Assembly (NCBI RefSeq): GCF_020745735.1
Contig: NC_083416.1
Coordinates: 54,833,131 to 54,897,130 of the forward strand
Source: Hemiscyllium ocellatum
Lineage: Eukaryota
Reading direction: 5' to 3'
DNA length: 64,000 nucleotides
The position numbers and the translations under genes are program-made. The notes under the pieces are model-generated. The model did no database searches. It was given only the letters and a program-made list of their open reading frames with translations, and was not told where the DNA came from. Shown piece by piece: positions 13,663 to 26,339 of the stretch. Within the stretch, counting starts at the first letter, position 1, and the number at the start of each line of letters is the position of its first letter.

Positions 13663-13758
13663 AATCCTGATGAAGGGCTCTGGCCTGAAACGTCGAATTT
13701 CCTGTTGCTTGGATGCTGCCTAACCTGCTGTGCTTTAACCAGCAACAGATTTTCAGCT
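13663..13758 (+). mobile_element. PLE terminal fragment with hammerhead motif (13663-13698) in CYP2U1 intron 4
   Basis: aatc-CTGATGA-agggctctggcct-GAAA-cgtc-gaat. TSD gcctacaaatc at 13656-13666 and 13759-13769. Confidence 0.8.
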
Positions 13759-15020
13759 GCCTACAAATCAAGCCTAATATGTTGTCAAAGGTATTTTATC
13801 ACAGAGTTTCCGGCTGTTCGATTACAACTGAAGTGAAGACTTTAGTAGCAGGAAGACTCAACTCTACTAAAATGAAATGACTTTGGATCATAAAATAATA
13901 CTGCAAATATCCTATGCTCAAATATATTCCCCAGGAGTAACAAAACTATACTCAAGTTAATGTATGGAAAGCTGGGCATGTCCCATGCCCCGATGTATCC
14001 TTACTCTCTATTGCTCGATGAGAAGGGAAAAGCCTCTCAGCCCTAACATTTTGGAACAAAAGAGGACTGAAACCATGGCAATACATAATATTTCCCTTCT
14101 CAATAGAATGACACAGCAATGGAAACAAGAATAGTTATATAACTGATTATGAATAGAGTTCTGTACTGAATTAATGAATTACCAATATGCTGTAGAGCCT
14201 GGTTTCACATTTTTCCTTGATGACTAAATGAAACCCACTATCATCTTAAAGACACACAGCTGTTCATTGAGTACAACAATGTTAGAATGTTCCATTGGGT
14301 TGACAAGTCAATTTATTCCTCGATATTGAATTGTTTTATACTGCATTCCATTAAAAGGGTCTTGAATTCATATCTTAGTGGTATTACTGTTAAGTGCATA
14401 GAATAATCTCGACTTAAATTGTCATTATTTGTTAATAAAAGCTGATGTCAAAGAAAAATGACATTTCATCCCAGCAGAATCAAGTAATTATTACCCACAA
14501 ATCATCGAACACTTCAAAATGCAACTTTAAACTTATTCATTGGCTTAGAGACAGAAAACGGAGACAGTAGTACAATTTACCACAAGCTTGTAGAAAGACA
14601 TGCAGTAGTGTTTCTCAGGAAACAATATTAGAATTCTGCTCTTTTTGATCATTCCCTTGGACATGGATCTGGGTGGCATAATTTCAAAGTTTGCAGATGA
14701 CAAACGGCATGGAAATTTAAGCAAAAGCCATGGCAGACTTCTGTCTCTTTCGGCCTCATTAAGTCTGCATTAAACATCACCTGGTGTAGCTCATTGTGTC
14801 AGGCAGTATGAACTGCAAATGAAGAGAGTACGTTATAAAGGTGCAGGATTCACTGGTCTACTTTTTTCTATTCCTCTTCTTAGCCAACGGAGCAGCAAAC
14901 ACTCACAGGTAATTACAGATGAATTTTCCACCTACCTCCTTAGCTGACAAGTGGCAGTGAATTCAAATTGGAGAAATATAAAATATGTTTAAAGAGGAAT
15001 ATTTTACAAAAAAAACCTAC

Positions 15021-15188
15021 CTATTCCAAATGGCATAAATGCTTCATTTTTCACAATATTTCCATCTGCACTCAAGAAGCGAGAAGGATTAAATTCATCA
15101 GGATGTTCCCACATGCTTGGATCTCTATGCACAGACCACAGATTTGCAACCACCATGCTTCCTTTGGGTATAGTATAATCTTTAAAGT
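15021..15188 (-). CDS. CYP2U1: CYP2U1 coding exon 4 (168 nt; absent from the ORF track)
   Basis: ttttttctag|AC..ATAG|gtaggt. Translates as DFKDYTIPKGSMVVANLWSVHRDPSMWEHPDEFNPSRFLSADGNIVKNEAFMPFGI (PxRF meander). Confidence 0.96.
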
Positions 15189-16811
15189 CTAGAAAAAAAA
15201 ACTTACATCATACACGAGCGAGAGGGATTAGTATCACAACCTTAATCCAACATGCATTTAATATGTTAGCCCCATCTCCATGTCTGATTGTTATTACATA
15301 TACTTATAAATTAAAATTTCTGGTTTCAGTGCATATATATTTTCTGTAATATTTTACAGGGTTTTTAGATTTTATTCTTTTTCCCTACTCCCATTTATCC
15401 TTTGCTACCCTTACTGGCTGTTCTCGTAAATTTGGCTGGGAGATGGTTGCATGCCAATTGATGTGGTTTTCAAGAGTTCAATGAATGCTACAGCTTGCAG
15501 GGTGTAAAGGTACTGGCTCAAACCATTTAATCCATGACTCTCATTAATAGCACTGCAAATAAGCAACCAAGTCATATCTGTCTTTTAAGTCTAATATTAA
15601 CTACGTATAAGTAAAACCTAGTACTATAGAAAAGTTTAACTGTTGGCTGGCAAAGGAAATGTGAAGGCTAAAATATGTTTGCCACCTTCCTTGTACAAGT
15701 GATGCACCCAGAATTTTAAGATTGTAAGAGAATGTGATACAGAGAACACAGATTTTGTACCATTGGCAAAATTAGCAGTTATGGCCCTTGAGCTTATTTG
15801 TAAGGGGATTCAAATAGATCAAAGGGAGCTGTGTGGTAATAGTACATTTTTCTTAGAACTTTGAAGCATATTTGAGGACTTGGGAGAAGGTGATTATTTA
15901 CACAAGAGAAGTGAGTAATGAAGAAGCAGGAAAATGGGAGCAACACAACTGTGCATGATGTATTGGGTGACAGAGCATGAGCCAAAGACATCCATCAATG
16001 TTCCACGTTGATGTACTATACACAGAACAATACAATATCATTTTACGTAATGCAATCTCTAGATAATGATGCACCTGAGGCCTATTGCTAATCATCTACC
16101 TCTATACTGAAACTGTTCTAATTTCTAAACATTTTTAACATTTTGTTCCCATTTTCACCAGCCTAAACAGACAGATCTGTTACCTGGCTGGTAGGTGGGA
16201 GAAACAACTTGACGCCAGTAGGCCATAGCCAATAAACAGTCCTGGCAGTTACAAGTGTTTGTGGAGGGTCTCTGGTCTCAATCATTGTAGTAACATTGTA
16301 TCTTTCTGGAAGACTGAAGGATTTCTCCTAATCCACAGGAAACTATTTTAAAACCTGTCTTGTGGGGTCCTATTTTCTCTCTCAGTATGTCATCTGGCCT
16401 CCAGCTAAACTGGCAGTGATATTAAGATGTAGATTAGATCTAATAAAAAAGAACACTCCTACATTTCAGCAGGAGGGTCTGGCTCACCAGCTTGAAGTCA
16501 TACTGTAAAACGGGAACACAGCAATAAGGCAGCAGGGTTATAGAGGTCGTCACATCCCTAATTTAACCTCTCACCCACCAATTTCTGTAATTGGGGATGG
16601 GATTTAGAATCAGAATCAGACACTGAGACAATCAATAATGTAATCATTTGTATATCTAGTCAAGTTCTGTCAAATTTATAATGTAGAAGCACAGTGTAAA
16701 CATAATGTCTCTATTCAAAATGAAATTTGACCAGGTTTTTCATGAATACCTTTAACTACACATGACTAAATCTTCCTGTTTTAATAACTGTTAATTCAGT
16801 TGTAACCTTAC

Positions 16812-16973
16812 CAACAGTTTCTGATGCCATATGTGGAATGGCAAGTGGGACCACCGTAGTCATGCGCTGAATTTCCATTATCGTTGCTTCTGTGAAAGGC
16901 ATATGAAGTTTGTCTTTGAGGGAAGGAGGTCTTGACTCGCCTATAACTGCGCTGATCTCTTTGTGAACTCTTT
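16812..16973 (-). CDS. CYP2U1: CYP2U1 coding exon 3 (162 nt)
   Basis: tttatag|AA..GTTG|gtaagg. Encodes [36 protein letters not shown] (K-helix ExxR). Confidence 0.97.
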
Positions 16974-17029
16974 CTATAAAAAGAGGAAATACATCTTTAC
17001 AGCCAGCTTGCATTGTAAGTTCTTTAACA

Positions 17030-17805
17030 GCTCCACTATGTTGACAAGGTGCCTTGAGGTAGTGAATGCATTGGTGGTCATCTTCCAAAGTTTTATTGAT
17101 TCTGAAATGATTTTTGCAGAATGGAAACTAGCAAATGCCACATCACTATTTAAGAAAGGAGTAAGAAAGAAACAGAACTGTTTCTTTGAGGATCTTACTA
17201 ACAAAATTGATAAAGGATTGTTGACGGACACAGTGTACTTGGAGTCTCAGAAGGCCCTCAGCAGGTTGATGAGCAAAATTGAAATTTCAGAGATAGGAAG
17301 TAATGTACTGGCATGGATTAAAGATTAACTAACAGACAGAAAACAGAATGGGGATACAACATGGGTTATTCTTGCATTGGCCTGTTCCTGGGATGGTACG
17401 ACTATCCTATAAAGAGACCTTGGGCCTGTCTTCTCCAGAGTTTAGAAGAATGAAAGGTGATCATATTGAAACCTACAATTTACTTAAAGTGATAAGCGAG
17501 ATAGTTCCACTGATTAGCGAGTCTAGAACCAAGGGGATAAAATTTAAAAATAAGGATTTGCCAGTTAGGATAAGGAGAATTCTTTTTTGTTCACAGGGTT
17601 GTGAATCTTTTGAAACTTTCTACCCCAGAGGGCTGGGTCTTTGTGAGTATATTTTGGTGCAAGTTGGTAAATTTTTGATTATGAATGACATAAAGGATTA
17701 TGGGAATCATACGTATATAGGACATTGAAGTGTTCAATCAGCCAGGATCATGCTAAATGGAGGATCAGGCTCGACAGGGTGAATGGCATACTCCTGTTCT
17801 TATAA
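17030..17805 (+). mobile_element. Internally deleted CR1 LINE beside the CYP2U1 exon 3 acceptor
   Basis: [24 protein letters not shown] and FRRMKGDHIETY, followed by a CR1 tail. Confidence 0.78.
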
Positions 17806-18526
17806 TACTTGGCTATACAGAGTGTGGAAGATGCTTTGTTTTCTGTTGCAGTTCGTATGAATGAGAATAGATTGACAGCAATAGTATAATTCATGATCTT
17901 GCCAGGGCAGAATGCCATGTTGATTTAAGAGTACATTCTAGAAAACTTCTGTAATTTTGACAACTAAAATAGCTTGACATCAACTCTGGACTTTAGATAA
18001 GGACAACAAAGATTGTTTCCCTTCATTTGGCGATTGTAGGAAAATTGAGGAAGTTACATTTGTTGTTTAAAAATGTAAGCTTCTGAAACTGTTCATATCA
18101 ATAAATGCAACATTGTTGGGTAAAATTGCTCAACAAATCACTGTAGTTCTGCTGTTATGCTGTGATGGCAGTTCTTTGTGGCTACTGCATCCAATAGTGG
18201 TCTGCTTCAGCATCTTCGACAGCAGGATTCCATCGGTCCAGTTACTGACGGCTTCAGGATAAGGTGGTTTCAGCCCAGCATCCAACAGTCTGGGACTCCT
18301 CTCAGCGACATCTACTGGCCCAGGATTAGCGATGAGGTGGGTCCTTGGAATAGATTCAGCATTCTGCGGAGTCTTGTAGCTCGGCATGGCAGCAGCCAAG
18401 CAAGGCAGCCTCTTTTGACGGCAATTTCGTTGCCTTTCAGCAGCAGTACTGTCTTTTCCTGAACCCAGGAGCCATGAATTGAACTAAAATGGACTTTCTC
18501 TTAAGTTTTTAAAAATGTTTTTTTAC

Positions 18527-18837
18527 ATTAGATTAGACTAGACTTACAGTGTGGAAACAGGCCCTTCGGCCCAACAAGTCCACACCGACCCGCCGAAGCG
18601 CAACCCACCCACACCCCTACATTTACCCCTTACCTAACACTATGGGCAATTTAGCTTGGCCAATTCACCTGACCCGCACATCTTTGTGACTGTGGGAGGA
18701 AACCGGAGCACCCGGAGGAAACCCACGCAGACACGGGGAGAACGTGCAAACTCCACACAGTCAGTCGCCTGAGTCGGAAATTGAACCCGGGTCTACAGGC
18801 GCTGTGAGGCAGCAGTGCTAACCACTGTGCCACCGTG
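18527..18837 (-). mobile_element. HE1-type V-SINE, CYP2U1 intron 2
   Basis: Near-identical reverse complement of 11497-11816. Confidence 0.9.
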
Positions 18838-19071
18838 TTTTCTTTTCTATGCCTTCTGTTATTAATAAAAGTACTGTGGTATGGTGACTTAAACACTTTT
18901 CGCTACATTTTCTTTGTACAAAATACAAGTGACAATAAATTACTATTTTATTCTATCCTATCCAAACACAAGTTTCCAAAGCTTGACAGCTCTCTCTGAT
19001 TTCTTATCAGTCTGCTTCTGAAAGATTGTCCTTCAAATATTTTAGTTAGAAAACTGGGCTTCACAAATCTT

Positions 19072-19198
19072 GGAGGAGAAAGTGAGGTCTGCAGATGCTG
19101 GAGATCAGAGCTGAAAATGTGTTGCTAGAAAAGCGCAGCAGGTCAGACAGCATCCTGCTGCCTCACCTGCTGCGCTTTTCCAGCAACACATTTTCAGC
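19072..19198. mobile_element. Short hairpin PLE insertion lacking the hammerhead, CYP2U1 intron 2
   Basis: Arms agctgaaaatgtgttgct..gcagcagg and cctgctgc..agcaacacattttcagct. TSD gcttcacaaRtcttg. Confidence 0.8.
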
Positions 19199-19998
19199 TT
19201 CACAAGTCTTGTACTTGATTTCTTAGACTGAGAAGACTTCTTGATCTAGGAACATGAGGCAAGTAGTTTGGTTTTACTTGACTGCTAGCCAGAAATCAGA
19301 GTCTATAGCTTGAGAGCTATTTGCAGGTTACTAGGTCAATTAACCTGTTTGACTATGCCATTTCTGTGGTCAAGTCCTAAATTGGGAATCAACCACATAG
19401 TTCTTGGCTCAAAAGAGGGATTACCCGCTGCACCCATAGACAAAAGAAATCCCTGTTTTATTTGGATGGAGGAAATTTGTTGCATTCTTTAGTTTAAGTG
19501 TACTGTTTAGGCGAGAGCTATATATTTCTCAAGCTTTCTTTTCATGGGTTAGGTAAATCTAAACTGGGATTCCTAGAATATCCCAAACATTTGTGTCCTT
19601 GAAAAACATAGTTTTATCCTTCTGGAGTTCCCCATCAATGGATGCTGGTGCCATTTTGGCACTTTTGAGTAAGCCAATAACAAATACTGAGCAGTTAGTC
19701 TTTGGTTTATTCTCTCACTGTTCCTGTCATGAAGAAATACCAAATTTCCATTTTAAGATCTCTGCTTCAGAGTTTGATGACGTGGTGTAGGGCAATTAGT
19801 GAAATGCATTGTAGCATCTTTGGACACTTCAATCCTTCAAACAGAATCATCATACTGGGGGAAAAAAAGTAGGGAAGTTTCTTATATTGAAATGCATTAC
19901 GTTATTACTAGCACGTAATATACAAGATCTTCTGACTCACAGTAATATTGATAAACCCTTTCCAAATGATCTCTCATATGTACAGATGAGTTAATTAC

Positions 19999-20634
19999 CT
20001 TGAATTTCTGGATGAACAGCCATAAACAGAATAGCCCACAACAGTGTGTTGGATGTCGTGTCTGTCCCTGCTACAAAGAGATCCCCAATTATGTAAAATA
20101 AATAATCTTCATTGAAGCTTGTATTTTGCTTTTTATGTCTATGATAGTCAATTTCTTTCAGATAAAAATCAACAAAATCACGTGGGTTTTCAGGGTCCAT
20201 AGTCTTTCGGTGCTGATCGATGATGTCTTTCAGGAACGCAGTTACATCTTTTACTGTTTGGGCAACCTCTTTGAAGGATCCCAAAGGTAAATACTGAAGT
20301 AAAGGAATTACATTGATGAGCATTGCTGAGCTGTTTGATGCTAATTTCATTCCTCGGACAATTAGATTCAGCATGGTTCTAAACTCTTCATCATCATAGT
20401 CAAACCGTTTCCCAAAGCACATTGAGCAAATGATGTTAGACACAGCGTTGTGAATGACATGAGAAGGAGAGAAGGCTGTCCCAATAGCATTGGAAAACTC
20501 TGACTTCACAAACTGCAGTTCCTCTATGATTTTTGGCTCCAGATCAAGTTTCCCAAAACCAAAGTGTCTCAGGGTCGAGAGGGAAAATTTTCTTTGTTGC
20601 TTCCAGACCAAGCCATATGGAGCAAAAACTATTC
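19999..20634 (-). CDS. CYP2U1: CYP2U1 coding exon 2 (636 nt)
   Basis: tttcag|GA..CAAG|gtaatt. Encodes GIVFAPYGLVWKQQRKFS (WxxxR) and the I-helix YLFYIIGDLFVAGTDTT, characteristic of CYP2U1. Confidence 0.97.
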
Positions 20635-22894
20635 CTGAAAATAATTATACAAGTACGTTATTACTCTGAACAGCATTTGCAATCTAAGTGATTACATTAC
20701 CCAAAATATTTTAAACCCAATACTTGTCTACTGCTCACTATCCCTGTGCCATTTCATATTGCTTTAAAACTTAGCGAGTTTTGAGAAGATTTGGGAAGAT
20801 TGCTTTCAAGCTGTTATTTAAAGAGAAAATAGGAAGAGATGTTTTGTGAAGAGGTTTTTCCTTAGAGACATTATGAATAAGATTATTGCCAGCAATTGGT
20901 AACTAATATTCAAGTGACACTTTACATTAAACCAGGGATGTCCTACCTGAAATGGTAAAACAGCTCTTCAAATGAGCACAAAAGCTGACTGAGTCCATTA
21001 AGAATGCTTGCATCACATCTTTATAATAATATCTCATTACATGATTTTACCATTGAATATAATTGCTTACCAGCAGAACTAGAGAAAACATTAACTAATA
21101 ATTTAGGAAGAGCCAATTCACAAGCTGGGAAGATAAATGATTTATAACCTTCCCAACACCATGAATCAAAAAGTGATTTCCATGACTATGCAATGCAACA
21201 GATTTTTCTGGTACACTTACAGCTTCAGATCCATTATAATTCCAGTAATGGGCAAAGATACTGAAAACTGAATAATTCATTATGACTTCCTCCTGGGGAC
21301 TCTCTGACCACAGAAGCTGGTCCTCAGCAAATTCAATTCCGTCCATGTAACACCACAAAGTGATGAGTGTACTAGATACAGCACAGGTCATTAGACCGAG
21401 CCACAGCTTGGATCTAATGTTGGAATATCTTTGCTTTAGAACTTGCTATGCCTCTTGCTAAGCTGTTCCATTGCATTTACACAAGCATTATCCAACAAAG
21501 TGCAAAACTGCCCAGCTATGTAATGTCTGGGGATGTAAATATCATTTAAAAGAAACGCCAATTTAAACTATGAAAATTATTTCTATTAACATTTTAAACA
21601 TTAGCAGGTTATATGCTAAAAATGAAAAATAGCACTGGATAAATTTGCTGGATAAATCAACAATTGTAGTACTGTTTCACATAATATCCTCAAGCATTGC
21701 TAACACCTTTAAAAAAATTCATTTCTCTGCGGCATTTTTGTGATCTATTTTAAATGTTAATTATAAAATATTAATGGCAAGATCAACACTTATCAATTAA
21801 CCATTTACTATTTTATATCCTTGGTTGTGTTCGCAAAAAGCACAATAAATCCAACCCAGCAAACTACCACCTTATCAATCTATAGTCAATCACTAGCCGA
21901 ACACATACCATAAACAAGATGCCTGCAGCAACTCGTTTTGGCACTTTTGACAGCACCTTTCAAAACCTTAAACTTCTGCCTTAGGAGAACAAAGGGGCAG
22001 ATACATTGGAACACCATCACCTGCAAGTTCCCTTCCAAACCGGACATCATTCTCACTGGGAACCATATCACCATCACTTTCCTGACATTGTGTCAAAGTT
22101 TGGAATTCCCTTTCTAACTGCATTGTGGGTATATTACATCAGATGGATTCAATGGTTTAAAAAGGTAGCTCACCAACACCTTCATGAAGGCAATTAGGAA
22201 CTATGACATCAATATCCTATTAAAGAGAATTACCAAGCAAAGTGATGGAAGGGATCATGCTAGTTGCATTTACTACCCTGTAGGATTCTCCAGAACCACT
22301 CATCTCCAAACCTCATTACAGCTTTGACTCAAACTTGAGTCCTGAATGCCAGACGTAACTGTGACTGCCCTTGAAATCAAAGTAGTATCTGCCCAAGTGT
22401 GGTATCAGAGTCTTTGGAAAATTGAGTACAATGGCAAATAGGGGGAAATTTCTCTTCCAGTTAGAATCATATTTAGTATTAAGTAACATGAAAAGAAGAT
22501 TCTTAAAGGAGGCCTACCAGCTCAGTCCCAGAATTCTCAGGACTCAGCATGTTGTTCCACTCCAGTTTTTCAGAAAGAAGCTGTCAGTGGCCATTAGCAT
22601 TAAGAGCTGGATAATATACAGGCTTAGGCAAATTAAATGGCAAATAAGATTCATGCCACACAAGAACCATGAAATGAATATCTCCAACAAGGATTGATTT
22701 TTTTATACATCTATAAGTGTTATCACCCAACGAATGGCTTTCCCAACACCAAATTTTTTGCATATTACTATTGACCATCATCAATAATCAACCATGCAGC
22801 CAATTAGAGGTTTACGTGCAAATCCCATTATGTGCAATGCAAATCATCAAAAATGAGCATGGGGGAAGCGGAGTGGTGGTGGTGGTTAGAGAGA

Positions 22895-23222
22895 GTGGGT
22901 GGAGAATAAATTAAAATGGGATTGGAGGGGGAGACAAAGCACTGCGGTCCCCACTGTACTCACCTCTCTAAGGCCATCGAAAACATTGGTGAACTCTGCA
23001 TGCTCCTTCTCCAATGACACCTGGGCATGTATGTAACTGCAGAAGAGGGGCAGACAATTGCCCCTCCAATATGATCCCCTCCATAGCTCACTCTGCCTGG
23101 ACCTGTTAATAGCTTGCCTGGTCAGGCCCAGCAGCAAACCCATGAGGAGGTCCTCTGATCTGCCTGCATTCCTCCACATCAGATGCCAAAGATCAGGAGC
23201 GTAGGGCTGAAGTGCAACAAAA
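22895..23222 (-). mobile_element. Tx1/L1-type LINE 3' fragment
   Basis: EDLLMGLLLGLTRQAINRSRQ..CLPLFCSYIHAQVSLEKEHA resembles the Tx1 ORF2 C-terminus. Confidence 0.55.
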
Positions 23223-23235
23223 AAAAATTCTCAAA

Positions 23236-25880
23236 TAGACAATAGGTGCAGGAGTAGGCCATTCTGCCCTTCAAGCCAGCATCACCATTCATTATGATCA
23301 TGGCTGATCATCCTCAATCAGTATCCTGTTCCTGCCTTATCCCCGTAACCCTTGATTCTCCTATCTTTAAGAGCTCTATCCAACTCTTTCTTGAAAGTAT
23401 CCAGAGACTTGGCCTCCACAGCCTTCTGGGACAGAGCATTTCATACACCCACCACTCTCTGGGTGAAGAAGTTTCTCCTCAACTCTGTTCTAAGTGGCCT
23501 ACGCCTTAATTTTAAACTGTGTCCTCTGGTTCGGGACTCACCCATCAGCAGAAACATGCTTCCTGCCTCCAGAGTGTCCAATCCTTTAATAATCTTATAC
23601 GTCACAAGCAGATCCCATCCTCAGCCTTCAAAACTCAAGTGTATACAAGCCCAGTCGCTTCAATCTTTCAGCTTAAGATAGCCCCACCATTCCAGGAACT
23701 GACCTCGTGAACCTACGCTGCTCTCCCTCAATAGCCAGAATGCCTTTCCTCAAATTTGGATGCCAACGGCACACAATATTCCAGGTGCGGTCTCACCAGG
23801 GTCCCGTACAGCTGCAGAAGGACCTCTTTGCTTCTATACTCAATTCCTCTTGTTATGAAGGCCAGCATGCTATTAGCTTTCTTCACTGCTTGCTGTACCT
23901 GCATGCTTGCTTTCACTGACTGATGTACAAGAACACCTAGATCCTGTTGTAGTGCCCCTTTACCTAATGTGACTCAATTTAGGTAGTAATCTGCCTTCCT
24001 GTTCTTGCCACCAAAGTGGATAACCACACATTTATCCACATTAAACTGCATCTGCTATGCATCCGTCCACTCACCTAGCCTGTCCAGGTCACCCTGTATT
24101 CTCCTAACATCCTCCTCACATTTCACCCTGCCACCCAGCTTTGTGTCATCAGCAAATTTACTAATATTACTTTTAATACCTTCATCTATATCATTAATGT
24201 ACATTGTAAAAAGCTGCGGTCCCAGCAGTGATCCCTGTGGCATACCACTGGTCACCGCCTGCCATTCCGAATGGGAGCCGTTTATCACTACTCTTTGTTT
24301 CCTGTCAGCCAACCAATTTTCAATCCATGTCAGTATTTTGCCCCTAATACCATGTGCCCTAATTTTGCTCACTAACCTCCTATATGGGACTTTATCAAAG
24401 GCTTTCTGAAAGTCCAGGTATACTACATCCACTGGATCTCCCTTGTCCATCTTCAGAGTTACATCCTCAAAAAATTCCAGAAGATTAGTTAAGTATGATT
24501 TCCCCTTCATAAATCCATGCTGACTCTGACCTATCCTGTTACTGCTATCCAGGTGTGTCATAATTTCGTCCTTTATAATTGACTCCAGCATTTTTCCCAC
24601 CACTGTGGTAAGACTAACTGGTCTATAATTCTCTGTTTTCTCTCTCCCTCCTTTCTTAAAAGGTGGGACAACATTAGCCACCCTCCAATCCGGAGGAACT
24701 GATCCTGAATCTATAGAACATTGGAATATGATTACCAATGCATCCACGATTTCTACAGTCATCTCCTTCAGTACTCTGGGATGCAGACCATTGGGTCCCA
24801 GGGATTTATCAACCTTCAGACCTAACAGTCTCTCCATCACCATTTCCTGCCTAATATAAATTCCCTTCAGTTCAGGTCCTTCAGCCACTATTACATCTGG
24901 GAGATTGCTCGTGTCTTCCCCAGTGAAGACAGATCTAAAGTACCAATTCAACTCTTCTGCCATTTCTTTGTTCCCCATAATAAATTCACCCGTTTCTGTC
25001 TTCAAGGGCCCAATTTTAGTCTTAACCATTTATTTTCTTTTCACATACCTAAAAACGCCTTTACTATCCTCCTTTATATTTTTGGCCAGTTCACCTTCGT
25101 ACCTTATTTTTTCTTTGCGTATTTCCTTTTTAGTTATCCTCTGTTGTTCTTTAAAAGCTTCCCAGTCCTCCAATTTCCCACTCATCTTTGCTATGTTATA
25201 CTTTTTCCCTTTTGTCTTTATATGGTCCTTAACTTCCCTCGTCAGCCATGGCCACTCCTGCCTCCCCTTAGGATTTTTCTTCCTTTTTGGAACGAACTGA
25301 TCCTGCATCTTCTGCATTATACCCAGAAATACCTGCCATTGTTGTTCCATTGCCGTTCCTGCTAGGGTATTGCACCATTGAACTTTGGCCAGCTCCTCCC
25401 TCATAGCTCCATAGTTCCCCTTATTCAATTGAAATATTGTCACTTCTGATTGTACCCTCTCCCTTTCAAACTGCAGATTATAGCTTATTGTATTGTGGTC
25501 ACTATCTTCTAATGGCTCCTTTACTTTGAGGTCCCTGATCAAATCCGGTTCGTTGCACAACACCAGATCCAGAATTGCTTTCTCCCTGGTAGGCTCCAGC
25601 ACAAGCTGTTCTAAGAATCCATCTTGGAGGCACTCCACAAACTCCCTTTCTTGGGGTCCAGTACCATCCTGATTCTCCCAGTCTACCTGCATGTTGAAAT
25701 CCCCCATAACAATTGTAGTAATATCTTTGCGACAGGCCAATTTTAGTTCCTTATTCAACTTACACACTACATCCAGGCTACTGTTTGGAGCTTGTAGATA
25801 ACTCCCATTAGGGTCTTTCTACCCTTAGAATTTCTCAGCTCTATCCATACTGACTCTACGTCCCCTGATTCTAGGTCCCT
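23236..25880 (-). mobile_element. CR1-clade LINE, long ORF2 (endonuclease C-part + RT) to the 3' tail, frameshifted
   Basis: ORFs 25030-25767 (MGDFN, ILDLV, SDHN), 24055-25029 (NYRPVSLT, QHGF, YLDFQKAFD, PQGSLLGP, FADD) and 23728-23916 (LVRPHLEYC). Confidence 0.93.
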
Positions 25881-26339
25881 TCTGGAGATAAGGAGACACC
25901 TCTTCAGCCAAAGAGTGAATCTATGGAATTCACTGCCACAGAAGGCTGTGAAGTTTAGGTCATTAAGTATATTTAAGACAGAGATAGATAGATTCTTCAT
26001 TGTCAAGGGGATCAAGGATTATAGGAAGAAAGCTAGAGAATGAAATTGAGAAACTTATCAGCCATGATTGAATGGCAGAGTAGACTTGATGGGCTGAATG
26101 GTCTAATTTCTATTCCTATGTCTTATGGGCTTTGAAACTTGAAGCCAGAAACTTCCAATTGTTCAGTGCATCGAACTAAAATGTGCACCTTAACTATGAA
26201 AACTAACTACTGAAGGAGCAGCACTCCGAAAGCTAGTGCTTCCAAATAAACCTGTTGGAATGTAACCTGGTGTTGTGTGATTTTTAATTGAAGGTCCCAA
26301 TGCTTGGCTTAAGACTATACTTAAAGAAACTATCAAACA

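Noticed and set aside
12637-13836. Plus-strand ORFs of 149 and 159 aa
   Set aside because: They are antisense to CYP2U1 exon 5/UTR or run through a PLE fragment, and show no protein motifs.
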